A stretch of 64,000 nt of DNA from Octopus bimaculoides (lineage: Eukaryota). Where the stretch lies: the NCBI RefSeq assembly GCF_001194135.2, contig NC_068990.1:4713973-4777972 (forward strand). The letters are read 5' to 3'. A model generated the notes under the pieces. The model saw only the letters and a list, made by a program, of their open reading frames with translations, searched no databases and was not told the DNA's origin. Below are positions 23,630 to 35,900 of this stretch, piece after piece. Both the position numbers and the translations under genes were made by a program. Every line of letters starts with the position of its first letter. Position 1 is the first letter of the stretch.

Positions 23630-24485
23630 AAAATTCTGAAAACACATCTCATGAGGGCAAAATTCACCTCAGGCAATAATTCAGAATTCTCTATGAGGGA
23701 CTGTGGAGATAATAGATGTGGAACATGTAACAACAATAACAACTTCAAATATTTAGACACTGGTTCCCATATAAAATTTAAAGTGGATTCTCCTTCCAAG
23801 TTATTAAAGATATGAGCTGTAAGACACAGAATCTCATGCTGCATATCCTGCCCCAACTGCAAAGAAAATTGTATTGGCAAAACCAACGATTCCCTTTGCC
23901 AACATGTATGAATCCAAAGACAAAACATCAGACAAAGAGAATTATACAAGATTCCACTGAGTAAGGATCTGGAAATATATGGGAATAGCATATTCAAGAT
24001 CTTTCCCTTTTATAAGTGTCCAAAGAACGACTCAAAAGTACCAGAAGATAATGGAACTACATTTTATCAAAAAGTCTTACTTAAACCAAATGTATCAAAA
24101 ACAAAAAAAATATTTATGAACATATGACAAATCCTTATTAAAAGTTCTCGTTACTGTTACTAAATTAAATGGAAAAAAATTCACTTAAGGAAACACACAA
24201 CACATGCATGAGTGTGCACATGCACACACACACACACATTTAATAACCTTCTAATGCAATTTTGATAGAGTCTATTTACTACTGCTGGATAACATGACAA
24301 CTGACAAAAATACAATGACTAAAAGAAAATTAGCTTCTTGAATTATCATCAATTTCAACCATCCCAGGATGGTAGCATGACAGCTCACCAAAGAATACAA
24401 TGTAGCTTCAAAAAAGCCCACTTTCTGTCTATTTTTTTCCTTTTTTCACCTTCTAGCCAAACCTCCCAAAATTCACCACTTACAT
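23630..24485 (+). mobile_element. Penelope-like linker, GIY-YIG and 3' region (spacer plus right arm of fold-back C)
   Basis: LKTHLMRAKFTSGNNSEFSMRDCGDNRCGTC...SCPNCKENCIGKTNDSLCQHV...DLEIYGNSIFKIFPFYKCP. 23770-24485 is the reverse complement of 22690-23615 (e.g. aagacacagaatctc, gggaatagcatattcaagatcttt). Confidence 0.85.
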
Positions 24486-24499
24486 ACTTGCATACACAC

Positions 24500-24543
<44 letters not shown>

Positions 24544-24702
24544 TCACACATATATACACATACATAAATTTTCTGTAAAAATTCAATATGATAAATCTCT
24601 GAAACAAGATGGAAGTGCTAAATAAATGATTATACAAAATGCTGACTCCCTCCTTTCTCTTAATATATATATATATATATATGTGTGTGTCTATGAATAT
24701 GA

Positions 24703-24747
<45 letters not shown>

Positions 24748-27700
24748 TGTATGTATGTATGTATGTATGTATGTATGTGTATAAATATGTGTGTGGTTGT
24801 GTGTGTGCATGTGTGTATCATCATCATTTGATGTCTATGTTGCATAGGTCAGCTGGAATTTATTGAAGTGGATTTTTCTACGGCCAGATGCTCTCTCTGC
24901 CATGAACCCTCATCTGTTTCCAAAAAAAGCTTAGATTTTCCTATTATCAGGCCTATTTTCATGGTGGTGTGGAAGCAGAAGTCATGACTTGCATGATAGT
25001 GACATTTGCCTACCACCATCACACAAAGTCAAGAAAATACACATATACACACACACACACACACGAGTCATTCCAGAAGTTTTGAGACTTTTTCTGCTGT
25101 CCCAACAATGACATCATGAAAGAGAGACATTAAATGATGATGTTGATGATGATGATATAAATATACAAACAGAAATACACACACATGCACACACACACAC
25201 AAGCACACACAGAGGTGTGTGTGTGTATTTTAAAAAAAATTTTTATTTTATAGTTTTAGCTTAGAGCTGCGGCCATGCTGATTCACCGCCGTGTGTATAT
25301 ATATATAAATAGATAGATATACACATTCATACAAATATAAAAATGCACACATTTCTCTCATATATGTATGCACATATATAAATATATATACAGACACACA
25401 CATGCACACATATAAACATTGTTAGTCATTCATATATGGTGACTGTCTATATGTACAGTTTATAGCTCCTATCAAATATTATTGAAACCCAAACTTTAGA
25501 GCTTCAAAAAGAATCTGCTTCTTTTTGAAACTCTCAAATCTAGATTTTCTTTAAGGTTTGTGTGACATATTGAAAATTGTTTATAGATAGTTTATAAGTT
25601 GGTCAAAATGTATTATAATACATAAGATTCTCAAAAGAATTATACATTTATACCTTTACCAAAATCTGCTTCCCAAAGAAGCTTGATTGCTTTAACATAA
25701 GCAAAATTCTTAATCTCTGATCCAGTAATTAACTGTAAACCTTTCATTCTTATGAGATGTCTTATTAACTACATTGTCTGGTAATATCAATGGTATAATA
25801 CTTAAGAAATGCGAAGAGGCAAAGGAATGGTAGGATTTGCAAGATCATGCTGGGGTAGGTTATGATACATTTCAAGTGCAAAAAAAAAGAAGAAAAATAC
25901 CATCAAAAAAGGAAAGTACAAAATCACACTGCACAATCAATAATATAACCTTGTGAAATTACAAAGCAGTGCAATGTAGAGTAGCATATATTTTAGGTTA
26001 AATGTAATTGTTTTTGAATAAGGTATTCAATTATATTTTGTTTTGAATTACTTTTTAATCTTCTATTATGGTTTTCAATAAAATATTCTCAATGATATTT
26101 TAAAAATAAAGCAGAGACGACTAATTATAGCTTCATGGAATTAATGATTCGGTGGCCTAAAAAATTTGATAATCACTACTTTAAAGTCATGTTCATGTCT
26201 TAAATTTGGATGTAGATTCATTCTATTTTATTTAAACTAATTTTTTATTTAAGATGTCAAGTTTGGCATTTTATTTCAGTTTCCTACACTCTATATCATA
26301 TTGTTATAAAAGTCAGTAAGTTGATGTATTTACTTCAATGTTGATGGCAGGTTACATATCAAAATTTATGAATATTTTATAAAGCATAATTGAAATTTAT
26401 GTTCTATCTTTATAGACTATTGTAGTTTAAAGCAATTCTTATGACAGAGATTGACTTTAAGGGTAGGAGTCAAATACTGAAATAATTTAGCCCCTATGCA
26501 TCAGCTAAATATTTCAAAGATGTAAACAAGAGATCAGATTATGAATACCAATATAGTTTGGTTATTTAATATTTTGATCCAGATTTTGTGAGTTTTGATC
26601 AATTCTAAATAAATAGATGTTGAAAAAAAAATCCTTGTGGAAAATGTATATTGAGTACAGATGTTCTTTGAAATATAGACACCCGTGCATTCTTCCGGTT
26701 AAGAACATTCTAAATGTAATAATATCAGAGGAACTTTAACAATTCTTCATTTACGTAGATGCAACAAATGAATCAATTTTTGTTTTATAAATCAAGTGCT
26801 CGGGAAGGAATTTAAGTGGACAGCTAAGAATGGAATTTCTAACCATTAATCAAGATAATCTGACTTCTATATTTACACTAAAACAGAACTGTCAGAAAAT
26901 TATGAGAAAATAAAATCTGGATGAAAACAAATATTGATGCTTCACAAGTCAAACTTGCAAAGTCTAGCCTGATTGTAACAGATATAATAATAAATACATA
27001 CTTAGTGACAAAATAGGTACTACGAGTTTCACATCATATTTTCCTGTTATCTATATTCTCCATAGTACACCTCGTATTCTGACTTCTTCCCCAAAGAATT
27101 AACTTCTCACATCTGAAAATAATATCACACGACTCACATCTTTGAGTTAAAAATTATCCCTCGATGATTTTCAGTTGCACTTGTTCAGTGGTTCACCGGC
27201 TTTTGTAGTTCAGTGCAATCTTTACCACAAATAGCATTTCACAAATATCCACGTTTTTAAAAATAAAATGACAAGGCAGATTATTTTAATCAAACATATA
27301 CTATATTTTTGCATTAATTTATTACCTATATTTTTTTTATATTATCCTATTCAGCATGTGTATGCTTTTAGATATGTTCAACTAGTACCACATGCATTAA
27401 ACTGTTATGGAAATTACTATAGAAAGTGAGCACATATTGCTAGACCTTGACACATCACTAATAACAATATATGTATTGTACGTGGTTTAAATGTTTATAT
27501 CTAAGAAAAAATCACAAATCTTTCAAACATACTGAACTCCTCATAATACCCTCTTGTGAGCATTCCAGCCCCTAAGAAGTCACTAGCATCCAGATTAATA
27601 GCCACTGTCCTACTAGAAAACACTTGCCAAATTCGCTAAGTATATCTGTTGTCTCTATGAAGGAACTCTTTTTTCAGAAACTTGTCCACCTCTCATCTTG

Positions 27701-28604
27701 CAGAATATCAAATTACTGTCAAAAGGAATTCTTCTCGAGAATGTCAATGCTCATGATTCCTACTGGCTTTTTCAAACCCTCTTTTGACCTATCTGCTATA
27801 GAGTTGATAAATGATCGTCATAAACATTAGCCAAGGCCCCTTTAAATCACACCCTACATCTTAAAAGAAACAAAAATACATACAATGTAGTCTTGAATCT
27901 ATTTATGTGTGAGTAAAAGATGGGATCTCATAGCTGGAATGCTTTTGATCTTAACAGAAGTTCTCTTAACAGAAGTGAACTTGAGATAAACAACATCAAC
28001 CAATCTACTACAAAGGCTAAAATGTTCACCGTTCTGCATAGATCACACCTGTAATATATTTTCCCTATTGTGCTTCTAATAAGACCTATCGTCACTCAAT
28101 CAGGCTTTTCTAAAATTTCTCCCAGAACTACATTTCTCTTCAAAATCTACACTCTTCTCATAATTTCTTTCTTCCCAGACAATGCACACATTACCTTTAC
28201 CAAACTGTCACCGATCACAAATTTAGAAAGACTTGAAAGGCTATTAATATTATAGCTTATCAGAGTGAGTGACATAAAGCAATATTTCATTATTGAGTTT
28301 TAATTAGTCATCAAGACTTCCTGATAGATTTTGTAAGTTTGTGTTACAGTTAATACAGAAAATATATGAAGGTAGCAATATGTGCATAGCAATGTGATGC
28401 AACTGGTTTGCAGTAAATATTCTGAATTTAATGCTTATAGTTCATTGCTATATAGCATCATACATTTTATATCTTACATACACTATCTTTATAATACAAA
28501 GAGAACTATATTGTTGCCAACAGATGAACCACATTAGCAATCAAGAATTATTTTATGTATTTGTTATATATATCTCCATTTTCTATTCATTTTTATAATT
28601 TATG

Positions 28605-28652
<48 letters not shown>

Positions 28653-30750
28653 CACACACAAAATTCATTGTATATCGATTAAACACACAAATGTGATTTT
28701 ATCCACTTTAACAAGATTAGGTATATATACATGCATATGTATGTTTATTAAATTAATTAAGGCATAATTTTTAACTGAACAATTCAAAATGAAGTATCAA
28801 TAAACAACTACAGAAACTAATACGACATATGTAGGAAAAGCACACAGCTATCGTCATTAAATGCTTCAAACCATAAATCAAGGTCTTTTGGAAATTTGGT
28901 ATCTTATTAAATGTCACTATGAAACATCCCAATTGAAAATGCCAACACAAGCTTTAGATATTTCACAGTATAACATTATGCATGAATTGTAACAGATTTT
29001 GAATATGAAATACCATCTGCCTATTACATAGACATACTAAAAATCTTATCTATCACAAGTTGTAAAGACAGGTGTTAGAATTCAAATGTTACAATTTCTA
29101 TTGTGATGCGTAATAAGAATATTGAAAGCTTGTGTATTAAACACGCTGTATTCATTAGGCAATTGTAACCAGAAGTAAGCTATTGTCTGGTACTTGACAG
29201 CCCACCTCTTCATCATGTTGCATATCGTGCATGCTACAACACATTTTGCGTTAGTTAGTATGAATGCTTCAATTTAACTTTTACAGTTCATTATTGCAGC
29301 TTGTTAAAGTCAAAATATTTTCAAAAATTAAATTTTTCTCTACATTCTATATTTTTAAGTGGCTTTTGTTGCTTTCTTATAATTATACACAGAAATGTGA
29401 GTTCATGCTGAAATTTGGTTGTTAATGTAATACTTAGAATGCAGCAATTATGTTGTATAATACCAACAATATCATAAACTGTCAGTATTATGCCAGAGAG
29501 TAATTTATGGAAAATAGTCATGATTTCTGTTTTAGAATTGAGGTGTAATTGTGAGCAATAACCTGTCATAGCTAGTTTATGAGTGACCTAAAACAAATAA
29601 AACCTAAAAATTCATAACAACATTCACATGTTCTGAGTATATAACAATCAAAGATTGTCGTTATATCCAAATTTGTTAAATATCAGCTACAAAATAAATA
29701 TATAGAATCCTTATAATATCACAATCTGTGAAACAAGCCAATAAAGGATCTTACACATAGAGGCTGACTATACTTGAAAGAGGAGCTAAATCTTCCTTAA
29801 ATCCAATTATACTCTCTTAAAAATAGGAAGGACTAAGTTATTCAGTGATTATAATAGTCATAAATAAAGAAGATGGGATGGTCACAAGGAGAAGATCTCA
29901 CTTAATCAGGAGAAACCTTGGGCTAAGCAGCAATAATAATGAACCCAAATCACAAAAATCAGAGAACTTAGCTGAATATATAATTATTTCAATAAAAGTT
30001 GCAGTCAGATGAAAAGCGAACAAAAACAAAATCAACATACAAGAATAAACTTTAAATTTTTGCAGATCATGAACTCACTCTAAAATATAATTACTAATAG
30101 CATATACAGTAGACGCACAACATATTCATAAATCTGGATAGTCAAAACAAACTGAGATGCCTATATTGAATGTATTTCTTGCACTGAAAGACTACAGGGC
30201 CATTAAAAACAAATGAAGATTAATGGGTATAATAATATGAAGCAACTTAAGGTTCATTAGTGTAAATAATAATGGATGAGACAACGACTTTTCACAATGT
30301 GTCGAGAATAATAATTACAATGTCTATCTAGGATAAATTCTAGCTCTAAGCAATTGTTTCCTTACATTTTTTTTTGAAAATCTTACTGTTATTAAATATC
30401 ATTGCAAATCAGTCTTGTTCACAGACAACAAGATAAATCTAAAACAAAGGAGAAGAGGGAAATAATTTTATTCTGACTGGAGTACAGTCATGTTTGTATT
30501 AAATCCTGAATACATTAACAAACTTAACATTAACTAATACAAGGATAACACACCTACGATTTCAAGGGACAAAAGCGATCATTCGTCTTATACATTCAGT
30601 GAACGAATTATATCAATAAAAATTATATTTTGCCTTGGAGTAATGGTTAAATCTTACTACAAAGTTTAATCAACTTTAATACAAACACTTTGGGAATTAA
30701 AACAGGAAACAAGCAACCTGGATATATAGAAATTAAATTGAATCACTCAC

Positions 30751-30781
30751 CAAGTGCCATAAGCCACATTCCCAAAAGAGT
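30751..30781 (-). CDS. 31-nt micro-exon candidate
   Basis: Acceptor cctatccatttacAG and strong donor TTG|GTGAGT. It is open in all three frames, so the frame is undetermined: (D)SFGNVAYGT, LFWECGLWHL or TLLGMWLMAL. Confidence 0.4.
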
Positions 30782-30935
30782 CTGTAAATGGATAGGTATC
30801 TCCAGTGAAGGCAATTTCCCCACAAGGCTATATACTTTGTATTCTAAAACTCAGCCACTTTGAAGAGAAGCTATTATTATTACTCACCCTAATACATAAA
30901 TACTTACCCTACCAAAAAATGGAAAAATTAACATT

Positions 30936-30937
<2 letters not shown>

Positions 30938-30990
<53 letters not shown>

Positions 30991-30995
30991 GCTGG

Positions 30996-31024
<29 letters not shown>
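30938..31024. repeat. Compound (ACT)n(GCT)n trinucleotide microsatellite
   Basis: Directly visible. Confidence 0.95.
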
Positions 31025-31026
<2 letters not shown>

Positions 31027-31089
31027 TTTTCACCATCACCACTACAATGCTTGTAGTAAGAATATTTTTAAAGATGCAGTTTCTAAAAT

Positions 31090-32090
31090 AAACACATATG
31101 CACAGTGTTTACTGTACTTTCAACTGGATCATTCTGTGGCTTATTTCCCATTCTGCTATAGTTTTGTTTTGGAGTGCAACTCTACTCCTTTGCAGACTAT
31201 TATGGTCATGTCTGCTTAAGAAATACATGCATGGTTGGAATATAACTCCAGCTTTCTCAAGAACTGTATCAAAGGTAATCTTGACTCTCCTTCACATGTT
31301 TAGGACATGTTTTAAACATGGCTGTATTCAATCTTCAATCCTAGTGGAAGCACAAGATTTAGTCTTGCAACGTACAGAGTTGTGAGCAGGATGTAGTTTC
31401 TTCTCCAACATTACTTATTTTCTAAGACTGGCAAATAGACTAGTTATGTCTTACTTAGCCCCAAACAACACTGTTTAAGCCAAACCTGTGATCAAAAACT
31501 CTTACTAAGCATGTAATGTTAAAAATCAAAGCTGAGTACATATAGCATGTATGAGAAGTGTTTCATTAAACTGAAAGATTTATTTGAAGAAAAGGCCACA
31601 AGATCTAAAGAATTCCAATCATGACCATCCCATATTTTTCAGATATAGGAATCTAAGGATCTATTGCCAAACATTATTTCTAAGATGGTAAAGTATGCTT
31701 GAGGGAGAATTGGCTGCTATTCCTAGCAGTTTGACTAACAATGTAGCAGTTCCTTCATTGATTGTCTAGTTAAAGGTTATCCATTGTCAGAGTCTGTTGT
31801 GCATAGTCTTCAGATGCATTGGCTCTTTACCTGAGTCTTTCTAAAGTTGACAACAATACTAAAGTCCTTGCCAACTCTGCTGAAATAGATGAAGAGGCAT
31901 GGAATGTCTTTTACTGTGTGAGTAACTTGAGCAAGTGTTGTCAGTGATCAGAAGCACCAGGAGGAACTTGCTCAGAAGTTTGATCTTTGTTCTGTGCTTG
32001 GAGAGGTTCAAGAAGTTTCTTTTTGAACTAGTTTGAAAATGAATTCTCTCTGGTCAATATAAATGTATACATGTGCCTGACTGCAAAGGA
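31090..32090 (-). mobile_element. Decayed RTE LINE reverse-transcriptase region, interrupted by short repeats at ~31400-31770
   Basis: FSRVGKDFSIVVNFRKTQV (cf. FS.ACKDFGLTISLKKT.V) and PCLKHVLNM*RRVKITFDTVLEKAG (cf. RCLR.IL.I.W.DKI.N..VL..AG). Confidence 0.65.
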
Positions 32091-34449
32091 AATTCTAAAC
32101 AGTATAAGATGAAGATGTAGTTCTACTTAACACCCAAGTACTTTTAATGTGGAATCATTTATGCATTTATATACATTTAATTTTGCCTAAATTCTGCAGG
32201 ATTTGTGGTACAACATTGGCAAACTATTAAACTCAAATAATATCTGTTTCTCTACCATATTTGAAATAAATCAATATTTTATTTTATTCAGAAAAAGAGT
32301 ATCTAAATTAGAGTTCAAAAGTAAAACATGCTTAAGAACTCTTTAAATGTAATTTAAAGACCTTTCCAATCCATTTATATTTGAGAAAATGGTTATAAAT
32401 TGATAGCAGTAACAGCAGAATTGCAGTCAGAATCTTGAAGATTTTTCTTTCTCACACTAACAGTTTGCAGTTTAAAGTATTTTCACCTCTTCTTAGTTCA
32501 GTCAATGACATACTATGGTTGAGTGGGTAATCTACTAATGGATAATTTTATATGGATTATAAGTAAATAGCAAACTTCTGATATTGTGCTTAGTCTTTCA
32601 ATAATTGGTTGGAATTCTAGGCTGAGATTCTGATACTTAAGTTAACTCCCAAGAATAAAAATATGCAAACAATCAATTGGAGATGTTAATATTAAATTGT
32701 GCTTCAAATTTTGAATGAATGAGAGAGTAATAGCATTTTAAAGTGCTACAGTAGCTTAAATTGGAAAGGATGGACAACATTATTGTGAAGACATTAAACT
32801 CAATAATAATATCCATTAAAGAATAGTGTCTGATGTGGAAACATGATTTTACCTTACTTTAATAACCTTTGGAATTACTTATGCTCTATTTCTTTCCTAT
32901 CATTATGAAATGCAAAATAGAAGTTGTTCAAGAGAATTGAGGAGCATGGCTGGCCATGTTGATAGAGTGAGTTGTAGATAACTAGGTTATCCTGCAATTG
33001 CCACTTATTAAATGTCTACAGTCAAAATAGTTAATTCTTAATATATATAGTCATCTATTTGTAAGTAGGTTGTTACCTTGAGATGGTTCATGTATTTTCT
33101 CTAATTAACAACAGGACTGGGAAATTGACAAGTGTTTTTAGTCTGCAGTACCAAGTTCAACTCCCAACTCACTGACAATGAATACGCTTTAGTGAGGAGG
33201 TCTAAGAAGGCTGAAACACTCAGAGTTGTGAAGATCAAACTCGTTTCCTATGACATCACCCATTCTGTTTTTAATTTTAAAATTTTAATTGTCTCTCTTG
33301 CCATACTTAACCAGAATTGACCATTAAGATAATAGTTGTCTTTCCTCATCATGTGTATGATTTTAAATAAATGAAATTTCTTGACTCCTTACATTACATA
33401 TATTAGAACTTACCTATTTGTAAGCGGCCTCATACTTCTGAATATCTTGTAGTAGCAATTGATAAAGTAATTTTCTTATGGAAAGTTATGAGTAAGAGCT
33501 AACTGGTAGCTCTTTCATCCCAAATTAGGACCAAATGTCATGCTTCTGAGAGCAAACCCTAACAATTCAGCACTCTAAGACATATGTATGTATGTACATA
33601 CATACGTATGTACGTACATAAGTACATACATACATACATACATGCATGCACACACTTACATGCATGCATACATACATACATACATACATACATACATACA
33701 TACATACATACATACATGCATACATACGTAATGCCCAAATTCACATTTTGTTGGACAGATTAAAACCATAATCTACAACTGATTTCAACTAATGGCCATG
33801 TTAGACAGAAGAATCAAAGTTTGGGAAGAGGTCTTCTTGAGACTGCCTTGAAATCCAATAATAATCATTTGAAGATTTCTTGTTCCCATCTGCAGTGTAA
33901 TAGGGTTTTCTTCTCACTGCATTGCTACAACCCTGTATTTATGTGAAAAACTACTGGTAGTTTCAACGTCAATATTGAATTTAGTATTCCTTTGTTGTTC
34001 TCTGATCTTTTCAGTTTTTCAGAGTTAGGATATTTATCTAAATGATTCTTTGTAACTTCAATGTTAGTCGTGTTGTGACAATAATTGTTGTTTATTGCAC
34101 TTGTGTTGCAGATAGATTCAAAGTTAGGATCTGGACCATTTCAAACAATTTTGTCTATTATCAGCAATAAGAGCTGTAATCTCAGCAAAATGAGAATTTA
34201 TTTTAGGCTGGGTAATCTCTACTTTCAATTTCGCTTTAGCTCTTGTTGCTTTCTGCAAATGGTTTTCCTTTTATGTGAGACAAAACCATAGAACCATATA
34301 AAGTTTATTTTTCTTTGATTTTGATTTTTAAATTTACAGAAAAGATTTTCTCAATATAAAATTTGTGGAATGAGGATGTTCACAGAGCATGAAACTAACA
34401 GCCCAGTTGCAACCAACCATTGGTGACTTCAATATCTGTCAGTTCTCAC

Positions 34450-34489
34450 ATATGTGTCAAGAATTTAGATTCTTGAACACCAAAACTAC
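34450..34489 (-). CDS. 40-nt exon candidate (phase 1 to 2): (G)SFGVQESKFLTH
   Basis: Acceptor ttttcattatttcattaaccttAG and donor TAT|GTGAGA. One frame is open. Confidence 0.3.
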
Positions 34490-35463
34490 CTAAGGTTAAT
34501 GAAATAATGAAAATCTAATAAAAAAAATGTTAATAAAAAAAAACAAATTGATTAAATCATGAATGTAGATTCTGTTCAAAAGTATGTCAGATAATTTTAT
34601 TAGTATATTTTGTTGTATATATTTTAGTTTATTTTCTTCATAGCTTTCAAATATTCATGGTCTGATTTATAAAAAAATAAATCAAATAAACACATTAAGA
34701 TGGCTTCTTTCTCTATATATCATTACCACAAAGCTTAGAACTGAGGAAGTGAGATAAGGAGATAAATAGTAGCTGGTTACAAAAGCTGTGACAGTAGTTT
34801 ATGATATAACATATAACTACAGGAAAATGTTATAGTAAATATTCATAATTGTATCAGTAGTTTGCAAGTATCCTTGCAATATTTATCATTAAAACTGTTT
34901 TAATAAAGAAATGTATGGGTTTTTTAACATAAAAGATTCTGGAGCCATCTTGTGTTAACTCAAAGTAACATATTCAATAGTAAATACTACAAAAGTTGTA
35001 TGTAAAAAAAAAAAAATGAAGAACTTCAAAAACTTGAATATTCTAAGCAAAGCAAAATAAAAAGAATAAAACCATCTAAACTAAGATACATTATCATATA
35101 TAATTTAAGCTTATTATAGTTGTGTGTTTAAGAAGCTAGCTTCACAATCATATGGTTTCAGGTTCAATTCTATGGGGTGACAGTTAGGCAAATATCTTCT
35201 ATTATAGCCTTGATTTCACTAATGCTTTGTGAGTAAACTTCGATAGAAACTGTAGGAAGCCTGTTGGGTGTATGTGTGTGAGAATGTGTGTGTGCACACA
35301 TGTGCATGCAAACGTGCATGAATGTTTATCTCCTCCAGGTTTGCTTGAGCAAACCTGTGGAAACCTGTGGATTATGTTTACATTTCTAGTTGACATTATA
35401 ACTGGATGCTCCACCCTTTTGAAGAGTAGTGGAATAAAAAAAAATCCCTCACTAGTTGCAGGA

Positions 35464-35629
35464 ATGGTTGTGTGGTAAGAAGCTTGCTTCCCAACCACAT
35501 GGTTCTGTGTTCAGTCTCACTATATGGCACCTTGGGCAAAAATCTTCTACTATAACCGTGGGCTGACCAAGGTCTTTAAAGTGGACTTGACAGATAGAAA
35601 CTGAAAGGAGCCCATTATATATGTGTGTG

Positions 35630-35668
<39 letters not shown>

Positions 35669-35900
35669 GTGTGCATACATGTCTTTGTGTCTGTGTTTGT
35701 CCCCCACCACTGCTTGACAACTGGTGTGTGTTTACATCTCCATAACTTAGCAGTTAGGCAAAACGGGTCGATAGAATAAGTACCAGGCTTAAATAATAAA
35801 AATAACAACTAGGGTTGATTTATTCAGCTAAAAATGCTTCAAGGCAGTGTCCCACCATTGACACAATCTAATGATTGAAAGAAGTAAAAGATAAAAGATA
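35464..35900 (+). mobile_element. Near-complete copy of the dominant SINE (tRNA-like head, internal (TG)n, conserved 3' body)
   Basis: tggtaagaagcttgcttcccaaccacatgg...ggcaccttgggcaa...gaaactgaaag...(tg)n...gatagaataagtaccaggc. More than 10 partial copies occur in the window. Confidence 0.8.

Noticed and set aside
27130-27270. CpG-containing segment with ttgcact/agtgcaa and a miR-92-like seed
   Set aside because: Only ~7 bp pair, there is no full hairpin, and no open exon frame despite a GTGAGT donor.
30385-30445. Minus-strand segment with strong acceptor and GTAAGA donor
   Set aside because: Stops in all three frames. It could be a cryptic or poison exon but nothing supports it.
11488-30781. 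Resemblance of exon peptides to PTBP (31-nt exon, NGP), ELAV (SNGP) or DLG (TDTLD)
   Set aside because: Only 3-5-residue matches, and the reading phase is wrong for PTBP. No gene symbol assigned.
33740-34290. Protein-like stretches on the minus strand (ENHLQKATRAKAKLKVEITQPK..., AVRRKPYYTADGNKK...)
   Set aside because: Short frames broken by stops, with no recognisable motif or clean splice pair. I could not classify them.
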